Shown: in pieces, positions 28,824 through 39,161 of the stretch | Layout: each line of letters starts with the position of its first letter | Position numbering within the stretch: the stretch's first letter is position 1 | IMG/VR virus record: IMGVR_UViG_3300025809_000009 | Source: an uncultured virus (IMG/VR IMGVR_UViG_3300025809_000009) | Lineage: Duplodnaviria > Heunggongvirae > Uroviricota > Caudoviricetes | DNA length: 64,000 nt | Strand: one strand, 5' to 3' | Translations under genes and position numbers: made by a program | The notes under the pieces: generated by a model | Databases searched by the model: none | What the model saw: the letters and a program-made list of their open reading frames with translations, nothing else | What the model was told of the DNA's origin: nothing

Positions 28824-29447
28824 ATGGCAAAAAGAATACTACCATACCGAGACTACAGTGAACACGATGTTGTTAACTTATTCGCTCTTGACGTAACTGG
28901 AAAAACTCTTTCGAGTTTCGTTTCCAACGGCACAGGCGATTTTGATGCAGGCGTTGTTGTTTCTGTAAGTGCGGGAGCTCTACCTGGTGAGGTTTCCGAA
29001 TTGCGCGCAACTACCCCAGATAATCTTCGTGATTATTTAGGTGCAAGTTTTAGTGGCGCTCATATTGGATTCAACGGATACCCCGCTAATACAGGTATGA
29101 CCGTAGCTCCAGCTGATGGCTCCGGACGTGCGCTTGGAATCACTTTACGTGAAACCTTGGCGTTCGACGAAAACGGAGAAAAGATGATATCATACAAACA
29201 AAAACTAGACGAAGCTCAAGGCGTTCTTCCAGGTCAAACAGTTCCTGTTTTGACTAAAGGGTTAATTCTTTTGAGCGGCTCTGCTTTTGCAAGTGCCCCA
29301 GCTTTAGGAGACGACCTTGAGGTTTCTTCCACAGCAGGAAAGCTTCAAACAGCAACTACTGGTACTGTTGTTGGAAGTGTCCTCGCTATCGGAGAAGAAA
29401 GCGATGACTCAAGCAGCAAAAAATATCTCTGCAAGATAAGCTTCTAA
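28824..29447 (+). CDS. putative capsid decoration protein
   Basis: Lies between scaffold and capsid genes; beta-rich with GDDLEVSS..GKL. Confidence 0.55.
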   Translation: MAKRILPYRDYSEHDVVNLFALDVTGKTLSSFVSNGTGDFDAGVVVSVSAGALPGEVSELRATTPDNLRDYLGASFSGAHIGFNGYPANTGMTVAPADGSGRALGITLRETLAFDENGEKMISYKQKLDEAQGVLPGQTVPVLTKGLILLSGSAFASAPALGDDLEVSSTAGKLQTATTGTVVGSVLAIGEESDDSSSKKYLCKISF

Positions 29448-29464
29448 CACAAGGAAATTTAAAA

Positions 29465-30610
29465 ATGAAAATTACTTTAGAAAGAACCCCCGAGCAAGTC
29501 GAGCTTGTAAAAGCTATGGCTTCGAAAAATAGAGACGTTTCTTACGAGGCTCAAACTGCATTAGCCGAATTTATCGGTCCAGTTTTGGCAGAGGTCGTAA
29601 ACAGCGCTCCTACCGTAAGCAACATGTTCTCTTCTCTTCAGTTTAATTCTGACGAAAGCCCAAGTATTCCATTGGACCTTTATCACGATATCACTGACGA
29701 AGATTATATTCAAGTTTGGAGTCAATCAGTTCCTGGCGGACTTCCTACAAACCAAGTCGCTCCTTCGCAAAGCGAGCTTAAGTTCACAACTTATACTCTC
29801 GATAGCGCTTTGAGTTTCGATAAGCGATACGCTTCTCGTTCAAGACTTGATGTTGTAAGCAAAACATTCACACGCATGGCTCAAGAAATCCTCCTTAAAC
29901 AAGAGAAGACTTCTGCAACCATGATCATGACTGCACTTGCAAACGCTTCAACTAACAGCGAGCAGCACGTAATTCGTTCCGCTCAAGCTGGAAGATTCCT
30001 TCTTTCGGACTTAAACAAGCTTTTTACTAAAGCCAAGAGAATTAACACTTCTTGGAACGGTGGAACGCCTGCTGAGCGCCGTGGTCGCGGAATTACAGAT
30101 TTACTCGTATCCCCTGAAATCGTAGAAGAAATTCGCGGTTTAGCTTATAACCCAATTAATACAATTGGTGGAGCCGGTGGAGCCCCAACTGCTGGAGACG
30201 GTATCGCTGGTACAGACACTATGCGCGACGCTGTTTTTAATAGCGCTGGAATCCCCGAGTTTTACGGAGTATCCATTCAAGAGTATAATGAAATGGGCGT
30301 AGGCCAAAAATGGAATACTGTTTTTGGTACAGCTGCTGGAGCAACAACATTTGCTGACAACTATTCGGTTCAAGCAAACGGCGGTGCTGCTCGAGCAATT
30401 CAAGGTACTGAGCAAGCTATTGTTGGTGTTGACTTGTCACGCGAATCAATGATCCGTGCAGTAGCTACCGATTCCGAGTCAGGAGAAGAGTTTTCTCTTA
30501 TCGCTGATGACCAATTCGTAACACGTCAATCTAAGATTGGTTATTACGGCTCTCTTGAAGAGGGTCGCATGATCATCGACGATCGAGTATTACTTGGTCT
30601 TATCGTTTAA
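29465..30610 (+). CDS. major capsid protein
   Basis: 381 aa; follows protease and decoration genes; followed by a strong terminator. Confidence 0.7.
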   Translation: MKITLERTPEQVELVKAMASKNRDVSYEAQTALAEFIGPVLAEVVNSAPTVSNMFSSLQFNSDESPSIPLDLYHDITDEDYIQVWSQSVPGGLPTNQVAPSQSELKFTTYTLDSALSFDKRYASRSRLDVVSKTFTRMAQEILLKQEKTSATMIMTALANASTNSEQHVIRSAQAGRFLLSDLNKLFTKAKRINTSWNGGTPAERRGRGITDLLVSPEIVEEIRGLAYNPINTIGGAGGAPTAGDGIAGTDTMRDAVFNSAGIPEFYGVSIQEYNEMGVGQKWNTVFGTAAGATTFADNYSVQANGGAARAIQGTEQAIVGVDLSRESMIRAVATDSESGEEFSLIADDQFVTRQSKIGYYGSLEEGRMIIDDRVLLGLIV

Positions 30611-30633
30611 TTTCAATAAAATTAACGTTTTAC

Positions 30634-30668
30634 AAAAGTCCACCTCAGGCAACTGGGGTGGATTTTTT
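30634..30668 (+). terminator. intrinsic terminator
   Basis: GTCCACCTCAG-GCAA-CTGGGGTGGAT followed by a T tract. Confidence 0.85.
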
Positions 30669-30723
30669 ATTTAAAATCATTATTATATAGTGTATTAAAA
30701 TACAAAGGAAAAAGGTACAAATT

Positions 30724-31131
30724 ATGGCAAACAAAAAAACAACAAAAAAATCGAGTAAAGCTAGTGCAGGAAAGCGCGTGAAGCTTGAAGAGCTAAATCA
30801 AACAACAGGCAAGAGCTACGAAGAACAGGTTTCTAGAGCTAAGGAATTGGAAGATATATTGGGGGTAAAGAAAATAAGCCCTTTTAAGACAAACGACAAA
30901 AGGATATTCAAGGAAATGCTTGAAGATATGAATCTAACCGATCTGCAAGCTTTCGCCGTAAAGGCTGGGGTGTTTCCGTCTGGAAACAAAACTGTTCTCA
31001 AAAATAAAATCAAAAGAGCTTTTGAATCAAGCCTGGTTGGACAAGGAAGTATTCAAGTAATGGGGCAACCTATTAATCTGGACCCCAACAACCCAAAGCA
31101 CAAAGAAGTTCTTGATTATTTAGGAGGTTAA
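30724..31131 (+). CDS. hypothetical late protein
   Basis: 135 aa; AAGG RBS. Confidence 0.65.
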   Translation: MANKKTTKKSSKASAGKRVKLEELNQTTGKSYEEQVSRAKELEDILGVKKISPFKTNDKRIFKEMLEDMNLTDLQAFAVKAGVFPSGNKTVLKNKIKRAFESSLVGQGSIQVMGQPINLDPNNPKHKEVLDYLGG

Positions 31132-31132
31132 C

Positions 31133-31624
31133 ATGGCTCACCCACCTATTAATCCGCAAACAAACATCGGAAAGCTTGCTTTAAATCTTTACGATCAAGA
31201 TTTAGGCTTCCATGATCACGGGGAACAAAGAGATGCGGATATAGGGTTAATATCTGGTTGGCTAGAAGGTCACCTAGGAGAACTTAACACCGTAATATTT
31301 ACTTCGTTCAGCGGAGACAATCCAGACGGACTAATGCTAGAAGAGCAAACCATACTAAGAGAGATGTACTTGTCTGACTATAATCGAAAAGCAGAAAGAA
31401 ACGCTCTTAGGAAAATAGATGGAGATGGGAAAACTGCGGGATGGATAATGATACAAGAAGGGGATTCTGTAATTAAAAAACCTAACACTCCAACACCTAA
31501 ATATTACCATGATGCGTATTTAGCTTCTGAAGAGAGGTTAAAGAACTTAATATACGCTTACAATCTATACGGAGCTAAGCCAAAACAAGTTGCAGGAAAA
31601 GATTCGCCAATAGAACAGGAATAA
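31133..31624 (+). CDS. putative head-completion protein
   Basis: 163 aa; GGAGG RBS; position after the capsid gene. Confidence 0.5.
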   Translation: MAHPPINPQTNIGKLALNLYDQDLGFHDHGEQRDADIGLISGWLEGHLGELNTVIFTSFSGDNPDGLMLEEQTILREMYLSDYNRKAERNALRKIDGDGKTAGWIMIQEGDSVIKKPNTPTPKYYHDAYLASEERLKNLIYAYNLYGAKPKQVAGKDSPIEQE

Positions 31625-31638
31625 ATTTATAAAATATT

Positions 31639-32148
31639 ATGAAAGAAAATATGAACGAAACCAGAGCAGACTCAAGCTATAAAAAAGTAAAATCAGAACT
31701 TTTTCATATTTGGAAAAAAGCAAGATTACTTTATGACATGATTACTGAAGAAAGAGAAATTCACGATTCAGTAAAGAAAAACATCACTTCTGCATACGAA
31801 GCTATTGACGAATCTATAAGATATATTGAGTATGAAGATATCTTCCCAAGCAAGCAAGAGCAAGTTCAGGAAGATAATGAAAATAATTTCTTAACAAACC
31901 AAGACAAAAGATACCCTGTGCCAGTCAACTCAGAAAGCGGCGACCAGTTTGTCACGAGATGCATTCTTGACGCCAATATGAAAAAAAGGTACCCAGTTCA
32001 GTCCGATAGATTTCAGGCATGCATGCGAGTTTTTAATTCATCTAGGCAACAGCCTGATTCAAGCCAAAATCCTGGGGAGAAATTCGAAGATCCGATGGGG
32101 CCAAAACCTCCTGAAGTTAACGATCCAGCTAAGCCTCTTCTTCCTTGA
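31639..32148 (+). CDS. hypothetical protein
   Basis: 169 aa; C-terminal P..SESGDQFVTRC...YP...DRFQAC module. Confidence 0.6.
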   Translation: MKENMNETRADSSYKKVKSELFHIWKKARLLYDMITEEREIHDSVKKNITSAYEAIDESIRYIEYEDIFPSKQEQVQEDNENNFLTNQDKRYPVPVNSESGDQFVTRCILDANMKKRYPVQSDRFQACMRVFNSSRQQPDSSQNPGEKFEDPMGPKPPEVNDPAKPLLP

Positions 32149-34588
32149 TTTTATAAACAACCTCGCCCTTGATAAGGGAGAACTTTATTGAGTGGTTCTC
32201 GGTGAGATCTTTGTTCAGGAGGAGGTTTGAGAGTTGGTTCTCTATGTTTTTTTGAATCAATCTTTGTATGGGCCTTGCGCCCATTTTCTCTTTTTCTGCT
32301 TGCTCGGATATGTATTTATTTAAAGAAGGAGTTGTAGATATTTTTATATTTTTATTTTTAAGCTTTTCTTGTATCTTATTCACTTCTAGTTTTGTTATCT
32401 TTATTAAGTCTTCTATACTAAAATTATCAAACATAATTATCTCATTTAGTCGATTTAAGAACTCCGGCTTGAAGAATACTTTTAGCTCTTCCTTGAGCTT
32501 GTCTTTTGCGTGTGATGGAGAGTGTCCAAAGCCTATTGATGGTTTTGTGATTTTTTCGCTACCCACATTGCCTGTTAGGATTATTATACAATTATTAAAA
32601 TTAACCCTGCGACCCGAGTTGTCTGTTACGAACCCCTCTTCAAGAATTTGCAATAATATGTTTAGAACGTCTGGATGAGCTTTCTCAATTTCATCGAACA
32701 GTACAACGCTATAGGGGTTCCTTCTGACCTTTTCTGTCAACTCTCCGCCTTCCTCATACCCTACGTAGCCGGGAGAAGCGCCAATTAACCTGCTCGCGGA
32801 AATTTTCTCTGAGAATTCGCTCATATCTAATTGAATAAGCTTATCCTCTCCTCCGTATACGAATTTCGCAATACATTTTGCAGTATGAGTTTTTCCTGTT
32901 CCGCTTGCCCCAACCAGCAAGAAGCTGCCTACTGGCTTTTTAGAATCTTGAAGTCCGGATTTTGACCTTAGAATTGATTCCGAAATTTCTTTTATAGACT
33001 CTTTTTGGCCAATGATTTTTTTATTTAAATCTCTAGCCAAAGAAAGAAGCTTTGTGGATTCTTTTGTTGACATTTGGCTTACAGGCACACCCGTTCTGGC
33101 TGAAATCACTTCAAATATATCACTTTTAGATACTTGTATTTTAGCTTTTATGGTTTTTTTGGCCCATTTCTCTATCACTCTATCATACTCTTCTAGTAAA
33201 AATAACTGCTCATCTTCAACCGTGTTTCTTGATGCTCCAATCATTTCCATATTAGCCTCTTTCATGCTAAGATCTTCTAGTTGTTTCTCTATCTCTTTTG
33301 CCGCGTCAGGCCTTTGAATGTTCTTTATTTTAACTTTCGATCCAGCCTGATCCATGACATCTATAGCTTTGTCTGGAAATTGTTTATCAATCATGTACCT
33401 GGAGGTCAGTTCAATAATTAAGTCAAGAGTTTCTTCGGGATAATTTATGCTGTGAAATTGTTCATACTTGTTTTTTATTCCTAAAATAATTTGTTTAGTT
33501 TCTTCTGGGCTTGGCTCTCTAACCTTTACAGATTGAAACCTTCTGTCGAGCGCTCCATCCTTGAGTATAGTCTTCTTGTACTCATCTTGAGTTGTGGCGC
33601 CGATACACTTTAGCTCTCCCCTTGCTAATAAGGGTTTAAGCATATTTGCAGCGTCCATTGAGCCTTCTGCGGCTCCAGCCCCAACAAGAGTATGTATTTC
33701 GTCGATAAACAGAATTATGTTTTTGTTTTTTTTAGCTTCATCTATTATGTTTTTTAATCTCTCTTCGAATTGACCCCTATATTTAGTGCCAGCTATTAAG
33801 GATCCTAGATCTAAGGAATATATAATTTTTGCTAGCAGAAAATCAGGAGCTTCAGCTTTAACTATTCTTTGCGCTAGGCCTTCAACTATAGCGGTCTTCC
33901 CGACGCCAGGCTCGCCAAGCAAGACGGGGTTGTTCTTTGTTCTTCGACATAAAATTTCACATACGTTAGCAATTTCCTCTTCTTTACCTATGATGTTGTC
34001 AAATTTTCCTTTGGCGGCTAGGGCGTTAAGGTTTAAGGCGTGTTTTTCTAGGTTTTGCAAACTAGTATCTTTTACCTTTGGTTTTGGAGGGTAATAGTGG
34101 CTTTCTTTTTTATGCGCCGGGTTTTCTTTGGAGAGGTGCAGGTATTCCCTTACTTCTGATATAATATCCTCCTCTGACGCGTTGAAAGATTTAAAAAAGC
34201 TTGGTATGGACGAGCCTTCAAATTTTAACAACGCTAACAACATATGCTCTAGACCTACATATTCGTGATCTAGTTTTTCGCTTATTGATGCTGAAACCTT
34301 TAATATTAAATGGAATTCTTCATCAAAAGATGGACTCGTTTCTGATTCAGGGTAAAACTCTAGGCCATTTAAGTCTTGGGAGAGCGTATGTTCTATTTCG
34401 TCTTTTAGCGCAAGCTGATCAATGTTTAATAAATACAATATCTCACTCAGTATCCCTGCGTTTAATCTTACCATTCCGTAAAACAAATGGTCTATACATA
34501 CAAATTCACTGTTATATTTTTTTGCAACCTTTTTGGCTTCATTTATCGCTTGCTGCGCACGTGGCGTAAAGTTGGGTTTTGGCGTCAT
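32129..34588 (-). CDS. clpC: ATP-dependent Clp protease ATPase subunit (ClpC-like)
   Basis: Clp N repeats; GEPGVGKT, IDEIH, GASGTGKT, PGYVGYEEGG, DEIEKAHP and GARP motifs; start at 34588 or 34594. Confidence 0.93.
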   Translation of the reverse strand: MTPKPNFTPRAQQAINEAKKVAKKYNSEFVCIDHLFYGMVRLNAGILSEILYLLNIDQLALKDEIEHTLSQDLNGLEFYPESETSPSFDEEFHLILKVSASISEKLDHEYVGLEHMLLALLKFEGSSIPSFFKSFNASEEDIISEVREYLHLSKENPAHKKESHYYPPKPKVKDTSLQNLEKHALNLNALAAKGKFDNIIGKEEEIANVCEILCRRTKNNPVLLGEPGVGKTAIVEGLAQRIVKAEAPDFLLAKIIYSLDLGSLIAGTKYRGQFEERLKNIIDEAKKNKNIILFIDEIHTLVGAGAAEGSMDAANMLKPLLARGELKCIGATTQDEYKKTILKDGALDRRFQSVKVREPSPEETKQIILGIKNKYEQFHSINYPEETLDLIIELTSRYMIDKQFPDKAIDVMDQAGSKVKIKNIQRPDAAKEIEKQLEDLSMKEANMEMIGASRNTVEDEQLFLLEEYDRVIEKWAKKTIKAKIQVSKSDIFEVISARTGVPVSQMSTKESTKLLSLARDLNKKIIGQKESIKEISESILRSKSGLQDSKKPVGSFLLVGASGTGKTHTAKCIAKFVYGGEDKLIQLDMSEFSEKISASRLIGASPGYVGYEEGGELTEKVRRNPYSVVLFDEIEKAHPDVLNILLQILEEGFVTDNSGRRVNFNNCIIILTGNVGSEKITKPSIGFGHSPSHAKDKLKEELKVFFKPEFLNRLNEIIMFDNFSIEDLIKITKLEVNKIQEKLKNKNIKISTTPSLNKYISEQAEKEKMGARPIQRLIQKNIENQLSNLLLNKDLTENHSIKFSLIKGEVVYKIKEEEA

Positions 34589-34608
34589 CTTCATGTTTTA
34601 CACTCTAT

Positions 34609-37167
34609 TTACTTAACTTCAGACATTTTCATATATATCTTTTCGTCCATAATTTTGATTGAGTCAAGAAATATTATATCTTCAGCCTTCCTTCCGTAAG
34701 CTATTACAATGTTCTTTTTTGTCGGCGCTTTTTGGTTTTTCTCGAAATACCTGTCGTAGAAATTACCTCTTCTTGAATTTAATAGCATTGCATCCCATTT
34801 TCCATTTTCGTCAGACATTGATAGCTTTATATATTTGTTTCCATTCCTTGAGGTAGCTTTTAAGCAATCAATAACAACACCTATAAATTTACCCCCTTCA
34901 TCTTTATCCATAAGCTCAAGATCTCTTGAGTCTTTTAAATCTTTATAGAGATCGTTAAAGCAGCTTTTTAATTTTGAGCTATGACTGTACCCCAATAATT
35001 CATTTTCGAAATACCAATTCGCAAACCTTTCGTAAGATTTATTTTTATCATAAATAGATTTGTAAAGATCATATTTCTTTTTAAATGTCTTAAATCTAGA
35101 CTCTTTCATTAAGGGTTTTCCGTCGTCCCCAACCATTTCCTGGTTTTTGGCGTCAGCTATACAGTTTAATAACTTATAGTCATATTTTTCTCCAATAAGT
35201 ATAAAGTTCCTCTTTTCTCTATCTGTTAAAAGGTTAAATGCTTGAGCTTCCAGAGCCATTAAAGATCTATTTGAGCCCTTGCTTTGAAGCGCTCCGGCCT
35301 GACACAAGGCTGACAATATCCCTATATTTAGCCCTGCTTGTTTTGCCGCTAAGAAAATATCGTATTTTGTTGGGGTATTGCTGGATCTAAAATCCCTGAG
35401 AGACTGTAGGGATTTTTCGCTAACGCCTTTTATGCTATTGAGCCCAAATCTTATATCTTTACCTTCTGTCGAGAAGTCCATTTTGGATTTTGCTAAATCA
35501 GGGGAAAGAAGTTTGATTCCAAAATTAGACAGCTCTCTTGATATAGAGGCTATTTCTTCTTGTGGGGCCGGTTCATACTTGGTCATCTTTAGTAGCGACA
35601 TAAAAAACTCTTGTGGGTAATTAAATTTAAGATAAGCGGTCCACGCGGCTAATGTTGCGTATGCCAGCGAGTGAGATTTATTAAAAGAATAGTTTGCGCT
35701 ATCTTCCGCTACTCTCCATAAAACTTCTCCAACTTCTGTTGGCAGTTCGTTTTCTATTATTTTTTGCTGAATTTTCGCTTTCCACGCTGGCATTTGATCG
35801 ATTTTCTTTTTGCCAACTATCCTTCTCAACTGCTCAGACTCATCCAAGGTAAACCCAACTTTAACGGCCATCTGCATTAATTGTTCCTGATAAAGAGGTA
35901 TTCCCCCTGTATAATCCAAAACATCCCTAAAGAATTCGTGAATTACCTGAGGCTCCTCTGTTTCGGAATATTTAACATAATCACCCAGAAAGTCTAAAGC
36001 TCCCGGTCTTCCAATCGCAACCACGGCACTTAACTGCTCAAGGCTCTTTGGCTTGATTTTTTTACAGACCTTAAAATTTGTATCCGATTCGAGCTGAAAC
36101 AACCCATGAGGGCTTTTTAAAGACTGCAGGGGTTTAAAAATTTTAGGATCATTGAGGTCCATTTTTGATATGTCTTCGCCAATAGTTTTACATACATCAT
36201 AAATAACGCTCAAGGTTCTTAGGCCCAAAATATCAAATTTAACCATTAGTTCTGAGACCCAGTTCATATCATAGCCGGTTACTAGGTTTCCGTCGTTTGT
36301 TTTTTGAACAGGGCAAATGTCAGTTATAGTGCTATGCGAAATAGCTATTCCACTAGGATGAACTCCTGTGTTTTTGTTTAAACCTTCAAGCTTCAAGGCG
36401 ATTTCAAAAGTTTCGGAGTTTTCAGAAGCCCAATCTGCAAATTTTTCGCTTTCTTGTATCGCTGAAAGTAGCGGCAATACTACGCCAAACTTTTTAGGTA
36501 TTGTTGTGCTAATAAGATTAACATCTTGTTCGCTAAGTTCTCCTACTATTTTGCCGCATTCCTTAACGCACAACTTACCGCTTAAAGTATTAAGGGTTAA
36601 TATTTTAGCTGTTCGAGAGGGATGTTTTCTTTCGATATATTCTATGACTTCAACTCTTCTTTCATAAGCTATGTCGTTGTCAACGTCTGCAAGAAGGCTT
36701 CCGTCTAGAAATGTTATTCCTTCTTGAATCGTTTTCTTTGCTCGGCTTTTAGAGACAAATCTTTCAAAAAACAAATTGTACTTAACGGGGTCTACGTCTG
36801 TAACGCCAATTAAATAAAGAACAAGTGAGCCTGCTGCAGACCCTCTGCCTGGGCCAGTAGGTATATCTTTTTCGTGACAAAAGTTAATTATATCCCAATT
36901 TAATAAAATATAATCAATAAAACCCAGTTCTTCTAATATTTTTAATTCTGATTTTGCGCGATCAAAATAATCTTTTTTATTTTTGTATTTATCTATTCCC
37001 TTATCGTATACTCCTTTGTGACATAGCTTACGAAGGAAGTCGTAATTAGATATAGCGCTATCCGCTTCCAGCATATCATAATATTTTTGTTCAATTTCAA
37101 TCTCAGGCAGTCTTACGCCTGGAGGGCAGCACTCCTTGTAATCTGTAAATTGATCCGTAAAGCTCAT
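34609..37167 (-). CDS. dnaE: DNA polymerase III alpha, polymerase part lacking the PHP domain
   Basis: GPGRGSAAGS, FFERF, ADVDND, KFDILGL, YQEQ and YSFNKSH motifs; ATGA overlap with dnaQ. Confidence 0.93.
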   Translation of the reverse strand: MSFTDQFTDYKECCPPGVRLPEIEIEQKYYDMLEADSAISNYDFLRKLCHKGVYDKGIDKYKNKKDYFDRAKSELKILEELGFIDYILLNWDIINFCHEKDIPTGPGRGSAAGSLVLYLIGVTDVDPVKYNLFFERFVSKSRAKKTIQEGITFLDGSLLADVDNDIAYERRVEVIEYIERKHPSRTAKILTLNTLSGKLCVKECGKIVGELSEQDVNLISTTIPKKFGVVLPLLSAIQESEKFADWASENSETFEIALKLEGLNKNTGVHPSGIAISHSTITDICPVQKTNDGNLVTGYDMNWVSELMVKFDILGLRTLSVIYDVCKTIGEDISKMDLNDPKIFKPLQSLKSPHGLFQLESDTNFKVCKKIKPKSLEQLSAVVAIGRPGALDFLGDYVKYSETEEPQVIHEFFRDVLDYTGGIPLYQEQLMQMAVKVGFTLDESEQLRRIVGKKKIDQMPAWKAKIQQKIIENELPTEVGEVLWRVAEDSANYSFNKSHSLAYATLAAWTAYLKFNYPQEFFMSLLKMTKYEPAPQEEIASISRELSNFGIKLLSPDLAKSKMDFSTEGKDIRFGLNSIKGVSEKSLQSLRDFRSSNTPTKYDIFLAAKQAGLNIGILSALCQAGALQSKGSNRSLMALEAQAFNLLTDREKRNFILIGEKYDYKLLNCIADAKNQEMVGDDGKPLMKESRFKTFKKKYDLYKSIYDKNKSYERFANWYFENELLGYSHSSKLKSCFNDLYKDLKDSRDLELMDKDEGGKFIGVVIDCLKATSRNGNKYIKLSMSDENGKWDAMLLNSRRGNFYDRYFEKNQKAPTKKNIVIAYGRKAEDIIFLDSIKIMDEKIYMKMSEVK

Positions 37168-37811
37168 ACTTCTATCTCCCATATCATTTTCTTAAAAACT
37201 TCATAATTAACTCTAATATCATATAATGCGTCATGTAATTTGGTTGCGTCGAAAGGGACATCAAAGTCCTTGCAGCACTGTTTAAGGTTGCAGGAAAGCC
37301 CTCTTTCTATTAAATGGTTCAATCTGTACTGCCAGGATAGGAAGTCGTCTTCATTATTTAATTTAATTTGTTTTTTCAAGGCTTTTGCTAAAGATAGAGT
37401 ATCTACTAAGTTGTTCATGTATGAAAAGTCTGATTTTGCTTTCGGGTTGATTAGTTTTCTGTGAAGGTTGTGCATGTATACGTCAAAGCCTAATAAGTTA
37501 TGCCCCACTTTAATGTAAGAATCATCATATAGGTATTTTTCAAAATTGTCAAGAGCTAATTGTGGGTCCACGGCGTTCTTTTTATATTTTGCCTGGGTAA
37601 AGCCTGTAATTTTTGCAGCCTCCGGAGATACCCTAAGGTCGTCCCACTTGAGCCAGTAGTCTTTTTCCTCTATAACTTTATTGTTTTCTATCACAAGAAA
37701 GGCTAGCTGCCATGGCTTGTTGTGTCCAGAAATTAAGTTTAAATTACAGGTTTCGTAATCAAAAAGTAAATATTTTTGTTTGTTTTTAAATCTCAGTAGC
37801 TGTTCCTTCAT
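37164..37811 (-). CDS. dnaQ: DEDDh 3'-5' exonuclease (DnaQ-like)
   Basis: FDYET, GHNLLGFD and HDALYD motifs. Confidence 0.85.
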   Translation of the reverse strand: MKEQLLRFKNKQKYLLFDYETCNLNLISGHNKPWQLAFLVIENNKVIEEKDYWLKWDDLRVSPEAAKITGFTQAKYKKNAVDPQLALDNFEKYLYDDSYIKVGHNLLGFDVYMHNLHRKLINPKAKSDFSYMNNLVDTLSLAKALKKQIKLNNEDDFLSWQYRLNHLIERGLSCNLKQCCKDFDVPFDATKLHDALYDIRVNYEVFKKMIWEIEV

Positions 37812-38310
37812 TATCTTTCCAGTATTGGTCTCCGTAGTTTATTAATAATTCTTCTCCTTTTTTTATTTCTTTATTTGCTGTATATTCAAATATCATATTT
37901 TCGATGTCAACTTCATAGTCTATGTTGTTGTTTTTTGCGTGGTTGTATATCATTCCATTTCCTAGTACCGTTGCTGAATTAAAAAGCTTATTAATATCTT
38001 CGTAGCCCAAGTCTTTTAGGAAGTTTTTTAAATGCTCTGTGATTTCTTCGTCTTCAAACATTGAAAGAAGTTGAACTTTAAAGGAAATCTTTTCGTTTTC
38101 TTCTTTGGATAAATTTTTATCAAAAAATATATTAAACGCGAACCTCGCCAACTCTTTATCTTGCATTTCTTTCATGCATCCAGATACTATAAAATGACAC
38201 TGCTCTACTAACTCTCCTTTGTTGATGTTTTCTGCGGCAAAAACGCCTCTGCCTTTGATTTTTGATTTGTCAACATATATCTTATTGGGTTGTATTAGTT
38301 TATACTGCAT
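37786..38310 (-). CDS. SET-domain methyltransferase
   Basis: KGRGVFAAENINKGE, YNH and IKKGEELLINYG motifs; start revised to MQYKL. Confidence 0.85.
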   Translation of the reverse strand: MQYKLIQPNKIYVDKSKIKGRGVFAAENINKGELVEQCHFIVSGCMKEMQDKELARFAFNIFFDKNLSKEENEKISFKVQLLSMFEDEEITEHLKNFLKDLGYEDINKLFNSATVLGNGMIYNHAKNNNIDYEVDIENMIFEYTANKEIKKGEELLINYGDQYWKDNEGTATEI

Positions 38311-39067
38311 TTTTTTGCTCCTTCCAGCTTTCAAAGCAAAACTCATCACTTCCGAAATGATCTAAGTTCGGCTTCGATAGGGTTTTATTTCCAAAGGTTC
38401 TTCCTGTAATGCATTTGTATGTTTGAAGCGCAGATACATCCTTCTTCTTTCTGTAGTAAATGCTTTTAACCATTTCTGTTTTGCATTTACTTTCTTCTGC
38501 GAATTTAATAACTCTAGATCTTAATAGTAGGTCAAAGGGTAGGCTGTTATTTTCTATAAAATATACCGGCTTTGTGAAAGAAAAGTTGGGTGTGCAATTT
38601 GCAAATTTTATATTATTATTAAATATAAACGAATCGTAGAAGGGGATTGCCAGTATTAATTTTTTATTATCCCAGTGTTTTTTCAATATCTTTTCGTCCA
38701 CCGAATTAAACGCCTCCGAGAAAGCTTCGCTATATATCGAGTTTAGCAACCCGCATCCTTCAGAGTTCTTTGCAAAAATAACTATTTTATGTCTGGATTT
38801 TACAGACTCTTCTTTTGGGTTTAATTTTGAATCCTCGCACATATCTATTCGCAGCCCGAAAACCAATTTTATATCCATTGATTCGGATACTTTTTTCGCT
38901 TGAAGAAATCCTGTTAGAGAGTCTTCTACTAATACAACCTCTTTTAGGTTGTTGTCTTGAGCTATAGAAAAAATACTATCTGTTTTGCTGTCATCTAGTG
39001 ACGATGGATTGTTTAGAGTTAGTATGCTTTTCCCTATTGAAAAATGGCTTTTGAATAATGGTATCAT
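38300..39067 (-). CDS. stand-alone PHP domain of DNA polymerase III alpha
   Basis: SHFSIGKS, IKLVFG and IVIFAKNSEGCGLL correspond to the DnaE N-terminal PHP domain. Confidence 0.75.
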   Translation of the reverse strand: MIPLFKSHFSIGKSILTLNNPSSLDDSKTDSIFSIAQDNNLKEVVLVEDSLTGFLQAKKVSESMDIKLVFGLRIDMCEDSKLNPKEESVKSRHKIVIFAKNSEGCGLLNSIYSEAFSEAFNSVDEKILKKHWDNKKLILAIPFYDSFIFNNNIKFANCTPNFSFTKPVYFIENNSLPFDLLLRSRVIKFAEESKCKTEMVKSIYYRKKKDVSALQTYKCITGRTFGNKTLSKPNLDHFGSDEFCFESWKEQKNAV

Positions 39068-39120
39068 GTGAAGTATTTTACCAGAATTTCATTAAGTTGT
39101 CAACACTAAACTTATAAACA

Positions 39121-39143
39121 AAAAAACCGCTATTAGCGGTTTT
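39121..39143 (-). terminator. intrinsic terminator
   Basis: AACCGCTA/TAGCGGTT dyad with A and T tracts. Confidence 0.7.
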
Positions 39144-39161
39144 AGTGGGTTGTTTTAATTA

